Shown one piece after another: positions 8,713 to 19,300 of a stretch of 64,000 nucleotides of DNA. Below the pieces are notes generated by a model. The model searched no databases, was not told the DNA's origin, and worked only from the letters and a program-made list of their open reading frames with translations. A program made the position numbers and the translations under genes. Source of the DNA: Azolla caroliniana (Eukaryota > Plantae > Polypodiophyta); contig JBHGNT010000018.1 of assembly GCA_043228905.1 (NCBI GenBank), positions 6,386,001-6,450,000 on the forward strand, read 5' to 3'. Position 1 is the stretch's first letter. The number at the start of each line of letters is the position of its first letter.

Positions 8713-10638
8713 ATGATGACAAGTATCGACAAAACCGTCGACAATATTCTTGCACGAGTAGGAATCTTCGAAGGTATAAATTTAACAAGATTTCTGAAGA
8801 TTTATAATGAAGAAATGCTTAAACGTGGTGTCGACGAAGCTGCAAAAATTAATAGCTTTAGTCGAGTCGCTGCAATTGGGCTACAAGAGAGGATCCAAGA
8901 GCTCCAGAGGGAACATCAGACACGGGCGACTTTCGAAAGAGCATTGCTAAATGAATACAACCTCAACGATATGTCAAGGATGACAAGGCGAGCTGTCATG
9001 GATTGGGTAGAGTCTAATAAACATTTAAGTGTTTTGGAAGTATTAAAAGAGTTTTCTGAAAGATTTGAGCAACTAAATGTTAGAGATAGAAATATAATAG
9101 TGCCAGATAAAGTAATATTGTTTCTACAAGCTACTAATATTAAAGATAGGAAGGACTTGGGAATGCTTTTAGAAGATCAGAATAGTCCAAGTGGACTTAC
9201 TGAAGACTGGGAGGAGGTGAAAAGGACGTGTGCCCATTTCTGCAAAAGAAAGTTATGGTTTATGGAGTTGCCCGACAGAAATGATGAAGAAATGGGGAAT
9301 GAGTCGGGAGAAAAGAAAGTAGAAGAATCACTCTTACACGAATTGGTGAAAGGCATGAAAGACTTGTCGATCAAAGTGACAAAGCTAGAATCGGGACAAA
9401 GCTCGACTTCATCAAGGCAGGGAGGTGGAATGGTTCGAAGGTGTATGTGGTGTGATAGTATCGACCACGAGAAGAAAGATTGTCAAGAGCATAGGGATGC
9501 TCTTAATCATAATAAAATCTACTATAAAGATGACAAGATTCACTCGACAGAGACTCGACAACCACTTCAACTCAATTTCGAGCGAGGAGGAATGAAAAAG
9601 CTAATGGAAGATGCCGAGAGAGAAATGGCTCAAGCGATACAATCCCTGGCAACCTTAGGGTTGCGCGTAGAAGACTCATATGGTGGATCTGGCTTTTGGC
9701 AAGATGTGATGGATTATGCAAGAAAAGAGAAGGTTCAAGTGGATGAATTAAAAAGAGCGGGAGATGAAATATGGAACTTCACTGGATGGAATGATCCAGT
9801 AGACACACTATCAGCATTTGCCCAAGTGAATGTACAAGATGCACTAGTGGAAGAGAAGCGAAAGAGAGTTGAGGAGGCTGATTCGGCAAAGAAACATGAT
9901 ACACAAGAACAACTTCAGAGAAGAAAGATGGAAAAGGATGCTCCTGAGTCAAAAGAAGCTAATAAAGTCAAAGGGAAGACAAACCCAACTTTTAAGCTTG
10001 TTTCGGACATAGAAGCCACGACAGATATAAAACATGTCATGGAAGAAGTTACGAGAGAGTGTGTAGCAACAAGTCTCCAAGATTTGGATCATGAATCCAT
10101 CAATGTTGCAGGTGTAAAGAAGATAAATGATGTTGGCATTCATGAAGGGGATAGGAGTCATTATACAAAGAACCATTGGGCTCAAGCAACAACGGAGGCG
10201 CCTACAAAAATTATGGAGCAACAGATTCCTTGTATTGCTTTGATGGATCATGGATCAGAAATTAACATGATGTCATCAGAATGTTGTGCTCAAGGAAGGT
10301 GGCCAATCTATAAGAATCATGGTTCGAAGAAAAGAGTTGCAACAAAGATGATGGAGGATCTATTTGGAGCATGTCCTAATGTGAAAGCAACGATGGGAGA
10401 TGTGTCGGTGGATGAAAATTACTATGTGCAAGATGGATCAACCTACCCCGTCATCCTTGGTCAACTATACATCAACGTAGTGAGTATGGAAACAAAGGAT
10501 GGTGAACCATACATCAACGTAGTAAGGATGGAAACAACTGTGATTAATGATGATTCAACTTTTGCGAGGATCAAGAGTCAGGATGGACGGAAGAGGGACC
10601 ATATCTTAACCATGACGCCTAACCATGAAAGAAAATAA
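8713..10638 (+). CDS. Gag plus aspartic protease polyprotein, copy 3
   Basis: Translation identical to copies 1 and 2. Confidence 0.85.
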   Translation: MMTSIDKTVDNILARVGIFEGINLTRFLKIYNEEMLKRGVDEAAKINSFSRVAAIGLQERIQELQREHQTRATFERALLNEYNLNDMSRMTRRAVMDWVESNKHLSVLEVLKEFSERFEQLNVRDRNIIVPDKVILFLQATNIKDRKDLGMLLEDQNSPSGLTEDWEEVKRTCAHFCKRKLWFMELPDRNDEEMGNESGEKKVEESLLHELVKGMKDLSIKVTKLESGQSSTSSRQGGGMVRRCMWCDSIDHEKKDCQEHRDALNHNKIYYKDDKIHSTETRQPLQLNFERGGMKKLMEDAEREMAQAIQSLATLGLRVEDSYGGSGFWQDVMDYARKEKVQVDELKRAGDEIWNFTGWNDPVDTLSAFAQVNVQDALVEEKRKRVEEADSAKKHDTQEQLQRRKMEKDAPESKEANKVKGKTNPTFKLVSDIEATTDIKHVMEEVTRECVATSLQDLDHESINVAGVKKINDVGIHEGDRSHYTKNHWAQATTEAPTKIMEQQIPCIALMDHGSEINMMSSECCAQGRWPIYKNHGSKKRVATKMMEDLFGACPNVKATMGDVSVDENYYVQDGSTYPVILGQLYINVVSMETKDGEPYINVVRMETTVINDDSTFARIKSQDGRKRDHILTMTPNHERK

Positions 10639-10739
10639 GGATGCTTGAGGGGACATCCAGTTCAGAAACGGAATGAAGAGTTTTTCCAAGACTTTGGATG
10701 AACTTTGCACAACTAGTGTGCAAGTTCAGAGGGGGTGGG

Positions 10740-11390
10740 TGTCGTGAAGGATTTGCTTAACGATATAAAAATAAACTTGAATATTGTATTAAGTAACATT
10801 TGAGAGACTTGAACCCATAACCTCACACACCAAGGACGAAGCATATACCATTAGGATAAGTTATTTTCTATGGTTATGTTTTAAACATACTTATGACATG
10901 TGTATCTTCATACATTAGAGCTTAGATAAGCATGATGGCTATCATGCATCACATGTAAAGCATGTGTGCCAAATGGCGATCATGCATCACATGCATCACA
11001 TGCACCCCCATATCATCATATGCATGAGAGAACCTATAAAGAGAGGCAAGGAATTAAGGGATGAAAAAAGGGAAAACAAGGTTATCAATCAAAGAAGAGA
11101 AAGTTGGAGAAAAGAATCTAAGCAAGTATTGAAGATATCTTATTCGGTGAAGAACCTCGCGTTTCAAAGTGGAAATCATGGGTTCAAATCAAGGGTCGGT
11201 ATTGAAAAGATTCATCTTGCGATCAAGGATTGTAAAGTTGGTAAAATATTATATTTTTAATATACATCATGTTTATATCATATACTCTTGTTCTTTGAAT
11301 CATAATTTGTCTCAATCTTCTTTCTAGAATCATACTTTGTCTCAATCTTCTTTCTTGAATCATACATTGTCTCTATCTTTTATCTATGCT

Positions 11391-11427
<37 letters not shown>

Positions 11428-11564
11428 TTACTCATAACTCTTGTTCTTACTATCCTTAACCATTCTATCATAACCATACAAGCCTTATTAAAAGTTAAGT
11501 TCCTTCAACTCCCCTTAACCTTAGTCCCCGCGACTTCGCCACACGAACCACAACTACCCCGACA
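10740..11564 (+). repeat. Array LTR4 (original 3' LTR)
   Basis: TGTCG...CGACA, shorter (CT)/(CA) tracts, private 3' variants. Followed by TSD ACGT instead of a PBS. Confidence 0.93.
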
Positions 11565-11746
11565 ACGTGACACACCCTTCTCGTTGAATTGCCCATTCCG
11601 TTGCATGAGCCGCTCTATTGCCGCCACAATCTTTGACATCGCGCGTTGTTCTTGTAACATCCGCTCGAACATTGTCATCATATTGTTAGCCTCTTGTTGA
11701 TTTTCCATCTCCTTGCCACTCGTTTTCATGTCGGGTTCACCAATTG

Positions 11747-12326
11747 TGTCGTGCCGTTCGGCGCCGGATCGTTGCGTGAGTCGTGTGGGAACCGCTAGGG
11801 TTCTGGACTAGGAGGTTGGATAATTCAAGGCAAATAAGAATGTGAATAGGTTGTAAGTAAAAGATATAAAAACCTCGTGAATCCCACGGGTATAGTTTAT
11901 TAGTCCACCCTTCTAAAAATATTGAACAACCATATACATCTTTCTCTCTTCCTTATATAGTGATGGAAGAGTCTAAATTTACCACATGCAAGCATCATGC
12001 CTTCTCTAACTTTAATTTTCATGCACACTACATGTGCATGATTAGCTTTCTATCATATCTTTTCATTTAACTCGAGTGTGTATGCATGAATAACTTTTTT
12101 TATCATGCTTATCTAGAATATTTACATGGGATAAAGTTTAGTATAACTTTAAAACTCATAATATGCTAGTACAATGGTAAGGCTTAAAATCGTTAATATG
12201 GAGGTATGAACAGGGTTCAAATCCTGCCCTATGCGTGTAACATAATTATTGTAGTATTTTCTCCTATTTCTTTATACTTAGTCACTCCACACATATTTTA
12301 TGTAGTGTACGAAGTACATCACGACA
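11747..12326 (-). repeat. 5' LTR of the host Trp-Gypsy element
   Basis: TGTCG/CGACA termini. Its 3' end aligns with the end of solo LTR 45106-45812. Flanked on the right by ACGT. Confidence 0.88.
12167..12260 (+). promoter_or_regulatory. tRNA-like Pol III cassette, antisense to the LTR that contains it
   Basis: A box TAGTACAATGG (12167-12177), consensus B box GGTTCAAATCC (12214-12224), TTTT at about 12257-12260. Confidence 0.65.
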
Positions 12327-13329
12327 ACGTCCAAATTGGTTGTCTCCAATTCATCTTCTATCTTTAGGCCTTTGACAACATTAGACCACATCTTGGTCTT
12401 GGCCTTTACTCTCTTCTTGGTTGTATCTCCCCCTTGTTTGGCTATCTTTGGCTCTTTCTTGCGATTACGGCCCCTCTTTCCTCCTTCGGCTTCTTCAGTT
12501 GACCCAAAATCGAATTCTTCATCCGATTCGGCATCGCGGTCAGTATCGCTCCTTTCACATTCACGCTCTTGTTCCTTTCTCCCCCTCAAGTTCGGCGTCT
12601 TGAGGTGACGCAAACCCAACTCACCCGAGAAATGCCGCAACTTGTCAAGACCAAGGGACTTGGTGAAGATGTTGGCAATCTGCCGACCCGTGGGAACATA
12701 CGCTAGCTTGACTTCACCAGAAAGGACACACTCGCGGACAAAATGGTAGTGCACCTCAATGTGCTTTGTCCGAGTGTGGAATGCAGGATTTTTCGCAAGG
12801 TGGATACTGCTGAGGTTGTCGCAATAGATCATCATCGGATCAGACACCTCCACATGCACATCCCGTAATTGCCATTTTAGCCAAATGACTTCGCACGTAG
12901 TGATAGTCGCCCCCCGATATTTGGCTTCCATGCTCGACAATGTCACTGTTGGTTGCTTCTTACTACTCCACGTGATCGCCACACTTCCCATTGAGAATGC
13001 GTATCCAAATGTGGATCTACGATTGTTGGCATTTCCGGCCCAATCGACATCCGTGTAGCCAATTAACTGTTCGGCTACGCTTGCCCGATATAACAACGCC
13101 ATGTCGTTAGTGCCGATGACATATTGGAATATCCTTTGCGTGCACTAGAAGTTTTCGGCCGTGGGCTGCGACATAAATTGATGGATCAAGCCGACCGGGT
13201 AACTGAGATCTGACTGAGTGATCGTCACGTAGATTAGGCTTCCGACAATCTGTCGGAACCGTGTCGGGTCGCATGCCTTTCCTGAATCTCAGCGAAGCTT
13301 TACATTTCTATCCAAAGGGGTTGAGATGA

Positions 13330-15891
13330 TGTGAAATGTTACGTGCGAAAGCTATACGAAACACAGAATACTGACAGAGAAAAAATAGGTTTAATGGAGA
13401 GCTTAAGACACAATGTACGCAGGACAGATAGAGAGGAAAAAAAAACACAAAAAAAAACTAAATTCGAATAATGTGTAAACTCTGTACATAGGATGTGCTT
13501 AGAGAGAACTTTTATATAAGTCCATACGGACTGACAGAAGTATTGACACATACTTCAATGCTCATAACTGAGCTCCTACACTAACTCCCAAATATATTCC
13601 CTCGCAGAATATCTGTTCAACAACTTCCTGGTTTCCGCACCGATCCAACCTCTTGTTGCACACCAGTTTACACACCGATCCGGCCAATGTTGAGCTTGTA
13701 TCTCAATACTCCCCCTCAAGCTCAACTTGAAGCTCTTCCGATCCTTAGCTCGGGTTTCTCTTGACTTCACGCCTCGCTTGCGCTCCTTGACCCGTTTGAT
13801 TCTACGCGCTTTGACCCTTACGGTCGGCTTGTCTGCTTGTGTGGCCTTTTCCAGCTCCCTTGCTGTCACGGCGTTGAAGTTTCTTCTGCTGCCCTTTCTT
13901 CCGCTTGGCCTTTAGTTAATTCGGCGTCTCCGAATCAAACATCCGAGCCGAATCGGCTACCTCCGATTCGTCTCTGCTTTTTTCCGAATTGGCTATCTCC
14001 AATTTGTCCTCAATCTTGGCCTTCTTGCCCTTGTTGGTTTCATCTCCCCCATGCTTGGTTGGCTCCGACTCTTTCTTTCGGCTGCTGCCTTCTCATCCAC
14101 TTCCGGACTCTTCTGCGGATCAGCCTTCGGTTTCTTTAGCCGACACTAAATCGAATGCGTCATCCGATTTGATGTCGCGGTCACTTCCGCTCCTTTCCTG
14201 CTACTTTCCGTGGTCTTGTGGGACTTCTCTCCCCCTCAAGTTCGGCACGTCGAAGTGCTGCAACCCAAGTGCACTTGAGAATTGCCGCAACTTGTTCAGA
14301 CCAAGGGACATGTACGATCGGATGCGGAGTGTTGTCTCCTGTTGCGACTACTCCCGGTTGTTCCGGTTTTTCCAGATATGAGAACCACTCTTTATGGTTC
14401 ATCATATGGTTTGACGCTCCGGAGTCAATGTACCACACTTTGTCCGATTTCGGGGTGGTCTTCTTGATCGAGTTTGCTTCGTGTCTTGTCAGGAAGGCTG
14501 CTCCCTTTCCGACTTTTTCGGATCCTTCGGCGTAGTGTGTCCGCTGCCGATTTCTTTGTTTGGTCGGTTTGTATCCGTATCCGGTTTTCTCCGAATCGAC
14601 ACGCTTTTTTTAGCAGTTTCTCTCCTTGTGACCTTTCTTGCCACAATACTAGCATTCCGTGGTGTGTTTCCCATGTCAGTTCTCGTCGCCTCCTCGACTC
14701 CCTCTGCGTCCGGAGGGTTTAGAATTGCTGTCGGCATCACCACGATGCCTTCTTCCTTGATCCCGTCGGCCGTCTCCATTGCGCGCGGACTCGCCTTGTC
14801 TGCCACGACCACGGGGCCTATTTCCCTCTGTGTACAACATCTATTCTCCTCTACAAGGAGCATCGACTGCAAGTCGTAAAACAAAGACGTATTCTCCCTT
14901 GTACAAATAGCAGTGCAGAATGCCCCGAACTTCGACACCAATCCTCCGAGGCAGATCTGCACCATTTTGCCCTCCTCAATGTTCACATCGATGGAGGCGA
15001 GGGAGTTGCATATATCCTTTATCTTGGAGGTGTAGTCAGCCATCATCATGTCGCGTTGACGCACATTGCTCAACTCCTGTCAGAATTGGAGCTTCCTGGC
15101 TGGGTGCTTGCGACGAAAATATTTTTCAGATTTCCCCAAGCATCCTTCGGCGTTCTTGCATCCCGAATGTAGCTCAAGAGCTGTTCACTCACACAGGATG
15201 CGAAGCAGTAGAGAACTCTGCTAGCTGATTTTTCCTAGGCCGGGAAGTTTCTGTGTCTCGATTCGGGTGTTGCATCATTCGCTTCATTGACATAGCTCCA
15301 GTATCCATGTCCGAGCAGGTACTAGTGCATCTTGTACGACTAGGATGCGTAGTTAGTTTTGTCGAGCTTCTTAGTTGGAAGCGAACTAGCCATACCTCTA
15401 TCCTTTTTTTTTTCTTTCTGTTCTTCACCGAGATTAGGTTTTTTTGTTTCGAGTTGAAGTCGGCTACAAAGGTTCTCAACCCTCGTGCTCTGATATCATG
15501 TGAAATGTTACGTGTGGAAGTTATACAAAACAAATAATACCGACAGAGAAAAAATAGGTTTAATGGAGAGCTTAAGACACAATGTACGCGGGAGAGACAG
15601 AGAGGGGAAATAAAACATAGAAAAAAAACTAAATTCGAATAATGTGTAAACTCTGTACATAGGATGTGCTCAGAGAGCACTTTTATACAAGTCCATACGG
15701 ACTGGCAGAAGTACTGACACGTAGTTCAATGCTCATAATTGAGCTCCTACACTAACTCCCAAATATATTCCCTTGTGAAATATCTGTTCAACAGCCTCCT
15801 GGTTTCTGCACCGATCCGGCCTCTTGTTGTGCACCAATTTGCGCACCGGTTTACGCACCGATCCGGACAATGTTGAGCTTGTATCTCAACA
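13330..15891 (-). mobile_element. Internally deleted Copia family B element (gag-protease joined to RNase H tail)
   Basis: LTRs 13330-13708 and 15499-15891. TSD GATGA/GATGG. Removal restores host RT MADCKPISTPLDRNVK. Deletion junction near 14310 between WYIDSGASNHM...TPHPI and the RNase H end. Confidence 0.9.
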
Positions 15892-16373
15892 GATGGGCTT
15901 ACAATCTGCCATCCTGAACTTAAGGAGCATATTCAGCGCGTAGTGACACTGGCTGATCAATATGCCTTCGGGGGTGCGGATCACTTCGATCCCGAGGAAG
16001 TAATGAAGGTCGCCAAGATCCTTCATTTCAAACGATGCTGCAAGCTGAGACTTTTACATGGTGGATTTCTTCCGCGGAGGTTCCTTCTCAATTGGCCTGA
16101 AGTCAGATTCGCTCTGAACTGACTCGGCACTACCGAAATCGTATTCCAACATTTTCTTCTTCCCTTTTTCTTTACGCGTAAACTGTCTCCTCGGTTCTTT
16201 ACGCGGGGACAACACGGTCGAGTTTCCACTACTCGCTGACTCTTCATATGGTTGGCCATCTCAGCCCAACCCCTCATTCGTCCCACTTCTCGGCTTTGGC
16301 ATCTAGCGTCCTCCTCGTCTCGTTCGGCACATGCACATACGCAATGCTGCCGAAAATCCTCAAATGTGCCAAG

Positions 16374-19300
16374 TGTTAGGAAACAAGTCACTCTGGATGG
16401 GAAATGACGAGTACCCGGCAACGGAAGACCCGGTGAGAACCGGATGTGGAGTACCCGACAACGGAAGATCCGGTGAGAACCGGATGACGAGTACCCATCA
16501 AGGAAGACTCGGTGAGAATCGGATGTTGCAGGCCCGGTGAGAACCTCTCATCGGATGGAAGGGACATATATGTAAATATGTTCCAGAGAGCCCACTGGGG
16601 CTATATTTGTAAATAGCCCAAAAGTCATATCAGTATAAATATGACCTAGGGCAAACTTAAGAAGTATGATGTAGAGTTGGTTGTATTATTATCGTTGTGG
16701 CAAAAATTCAGAGTGTAACCGTGTACAGAGTGAGATAGAAAGAGAGAGAGAGAGGAAGAGGTTGTTGCCTCTGTTGTAACCGCTTGGTGACGAAGAGAGG
16801 GAGCAAGAGGTCGTTGCCTCTGTGCCCCATTGTTGTAATCTTGATATAGTGATATTTTGCAGTCGGAGGGCTGCCGTGGTTTTTCCCTCTTAGGGTTTTC
16901 CACGTTAATATCTTGTGTATTCTCTTTCTGTTTTGTGTACTTACCTCCATTCCCACTTCGTCTGTGTTTTTGATTGTCATCAAGTGATCTACGCTTCGGT
17001 TGTGCCCAAAGATTAATCCGCGTATTTCATATCAAACTGGTATTAGAGCGAAACGACACAGAAAAATGGACGATTCATTGGGAGGCATGTTCAAGCTCAC
17101 CGGCTCGAACTACTCAGTGTGGAAGTCGAAGATGAGGGATATGCTCGTGGTTAAAGATCTTTGGTTGCTGGTTCAGTTCGGGGACAAGAGACCGGACAAA
17201 ATCGATGCCACGATATGGGAGGTGATGCACATGAAGACAACGACGTACATACGGTGCTTCATTGACATGAGTCTATACAACAACTTCAATGAAGAGAGCA
17301 AGGTTCATGAGCTCTAGGAGAAGATCGACATTATGTTTCAGAACAAAAATGTTGTTAATTAGGTTTCGGTATTTCGGAAGCTAGTAAGACTCAGGTACCA
17401 AGATGGCTCTAGCATGGCGGAGCACATGAATGCCTTCCAGGGTCTGATACACCAGGCAACATCATTAGAAGTACCTCTTGCCGATGAGGTACTAGCACTA
17501 CTCCTGCTCGGTTCCCTCCCAGATAGCTGGGAGTCGTCGGTTGTCACTTTGGACAACGCCGGGCCGGAAGGGAAACGGTTATCCCTAGCAAGAGTGGAGT
17601 CGATCTTGCTAGATGAGGAGGTGCGTTGGAAAGATAAGGATACAAGCTCCGACTCCAAAGTGCTCCTTACCGAATCGGAACGCGGAAGATAAAGGAACCG
17701 TAGTCCCCAGAACCGGGAAAAGTCGAGGATACGGTCAAAGTCAAGGGGGAGGCCTACCTGCTTCTATTGCGGCAAGCCAGGACACTTCTAGAAGAACTGT
17801 CGGCACTTCCGAAAAGACAAGGAAACCGACGGTACCGATTCGAAGCGGACACCGGACCGGAACGGTAAAGACTAGAGGGGAACGGACCGGAAGGGAACGA
17901 CGACAATCGTGGCAAGTGAAGAAGAGTTGATGCTCATCACCGAGGAGAGTGAGTTGAACCTTGCCGGTGAAGAGACAACGTCGGTTGTTGATTCTGGAGC
18001 GTCGTTCCACCTTACCCCGGACCGTAAATACTTCTCATCCCACACAACCGGTGATCACGGTTGTGTCCGGATGGGGAATGAAGGTACATGCCGAATTGTC
18101 GGCGTAGGAGACATGTGGTTGACAACACCAACCGGATGCAAGTTGCTGCTGAAGGATGTCCGACATGTTCCGGAGGTTCGACTGAACCTGATATCAGCCG
18201 GTCGGCTAGATGATGAAGGCTACACGGGTAGCATCCGGAATGGAGTCATGAAATTCAGCAAAGGGAGCCTGATAGTGGCTCTGGCCCGGAAGGTCAACAC
18301 GTTGTACCTGATGAATGCCCGGTTATGCCAAGAAGAAGTGAACGTGGCTTCCGACACTGTTGGTGAGCTATGGCACAAGAGGTCGTGTCACATGAGTGAG
18401 AAGGGGATGAAGAGGCTTGCAGAAGACAACCTCATTCCAGTGAAGAACGTGCACTTGGAGAAGTGCACTGATTGTCTGACCGGTAAGCAAAACTGGACCT
18501 CCTTCCGACCAAGGCCACCGATGAGACGTAATGCACCACTGGAGTTGGTGCACACTGATGTGTGTCAAGTGGACACGAAGTCACATGCCGGATCGCAGTA
18601 CTTCGTGATGTTCATAGATGACCACAACCGGAAGCTGTGGGCCACACCGTTGAAGACGAAGGATCAAGTGCTATCCGTCTTCAAAGAACTCCACGAGAGA
18701 GTGGAAAGAGAAACTGGCCGGAAGCTGAAGGCGGTTCGAGCAGATAACGGAGGTGAATACCGGGGGCAGTTCGAGGAGTACTGCTGCTTGAAGGGAATCC
18801 GGCTCGAATTTACCGTGCCGAAGACGCCGGAACTAAACGGGCTGGCCGAGAGGATGAACCGGACCATAATGGAGAGGGTCCAGAGTATGCTGGCGCATGC
18901 AAAACTACCCAAGAAGTTTTTGGCTGAGACACTGTCGACGACAACATATGTGATAAACAGATCACCCTCAGTACCCTTGGACAAAGACACGCCGCAGAGA
19001 GTATGGACTGGTAAGGAAGTGTCCTACCGGCATCTGAAGGTGTTCGGGTGTCTCGCGTACGTGCATGTTGCTAAGGACTGGAGAGGAAAGTTGGATCCAA
19101 AGACCCGACCATGCATATTCCTCGGATACGGCGATGATGAGTTCGACTACCAAGTGTGGGATCCGGTTGACAAGAAGGCTTTCCGGAGCCGAGATATTAT
19201 CTTCATAGAGGACAAGACTCTTGTCGACAAGGAGTCGGAGAAGAAGATAATGAACTCCGATGAGATTCGGACCCACCCGGCTAAGAGCCGGTTGACACTC

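Larger units (their letters stand above)
1788..11564 (+). mobile_element. Tandem array (4 LTRs, 3 internal regions, 2981-bp period) of a non-autonomous Gag-protease Gypsy-type LTR element
   Basis: LTRs at 1788-2651, 4778-5632, 7759-8613 and 10740-11564. Each internal region has a PBS, a 641-aa ORF and PPT AGAGGGGGTGGG. Whole array is flanked by the 4-bp TSD ACGT (1784-1787, 11565-11568). Confidence 0.95.
1582..12326 (-). mobile_element. tRNA-Trp-primed Gypsy-type element (5' LTR, PBS, gag N-terminus), 3'-deleted and interrupted by the tandem array
   Basis: LTR 11747-12326 with TGTCG...CGACA termini. PBS TGGTGAACCCGACATGA on minus strand (11726-11742). Removing 1788-11564 plus one ACGT rejoins gag in frame: MENQQEANNMMTMFERMLQEQ...NEKGVSR|YLRDYKAEMLWCGISEE. 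Confidence 0.88.

Noticed and set aside
1788-11564. Array as three independent or retrotransposition-generated insertions
   Set aside because: Single TSD and shared LTRs. The internal LTRs mix variants that accumulated after integration, so amplification postdates insertion.
12160-12240. Functional tRNA gene (also 46562-46890)
   Set aside because: A/B boxes are present but I could not fold acceptor and anticodon stems, so these are reported as tRNA-derived cassettes.
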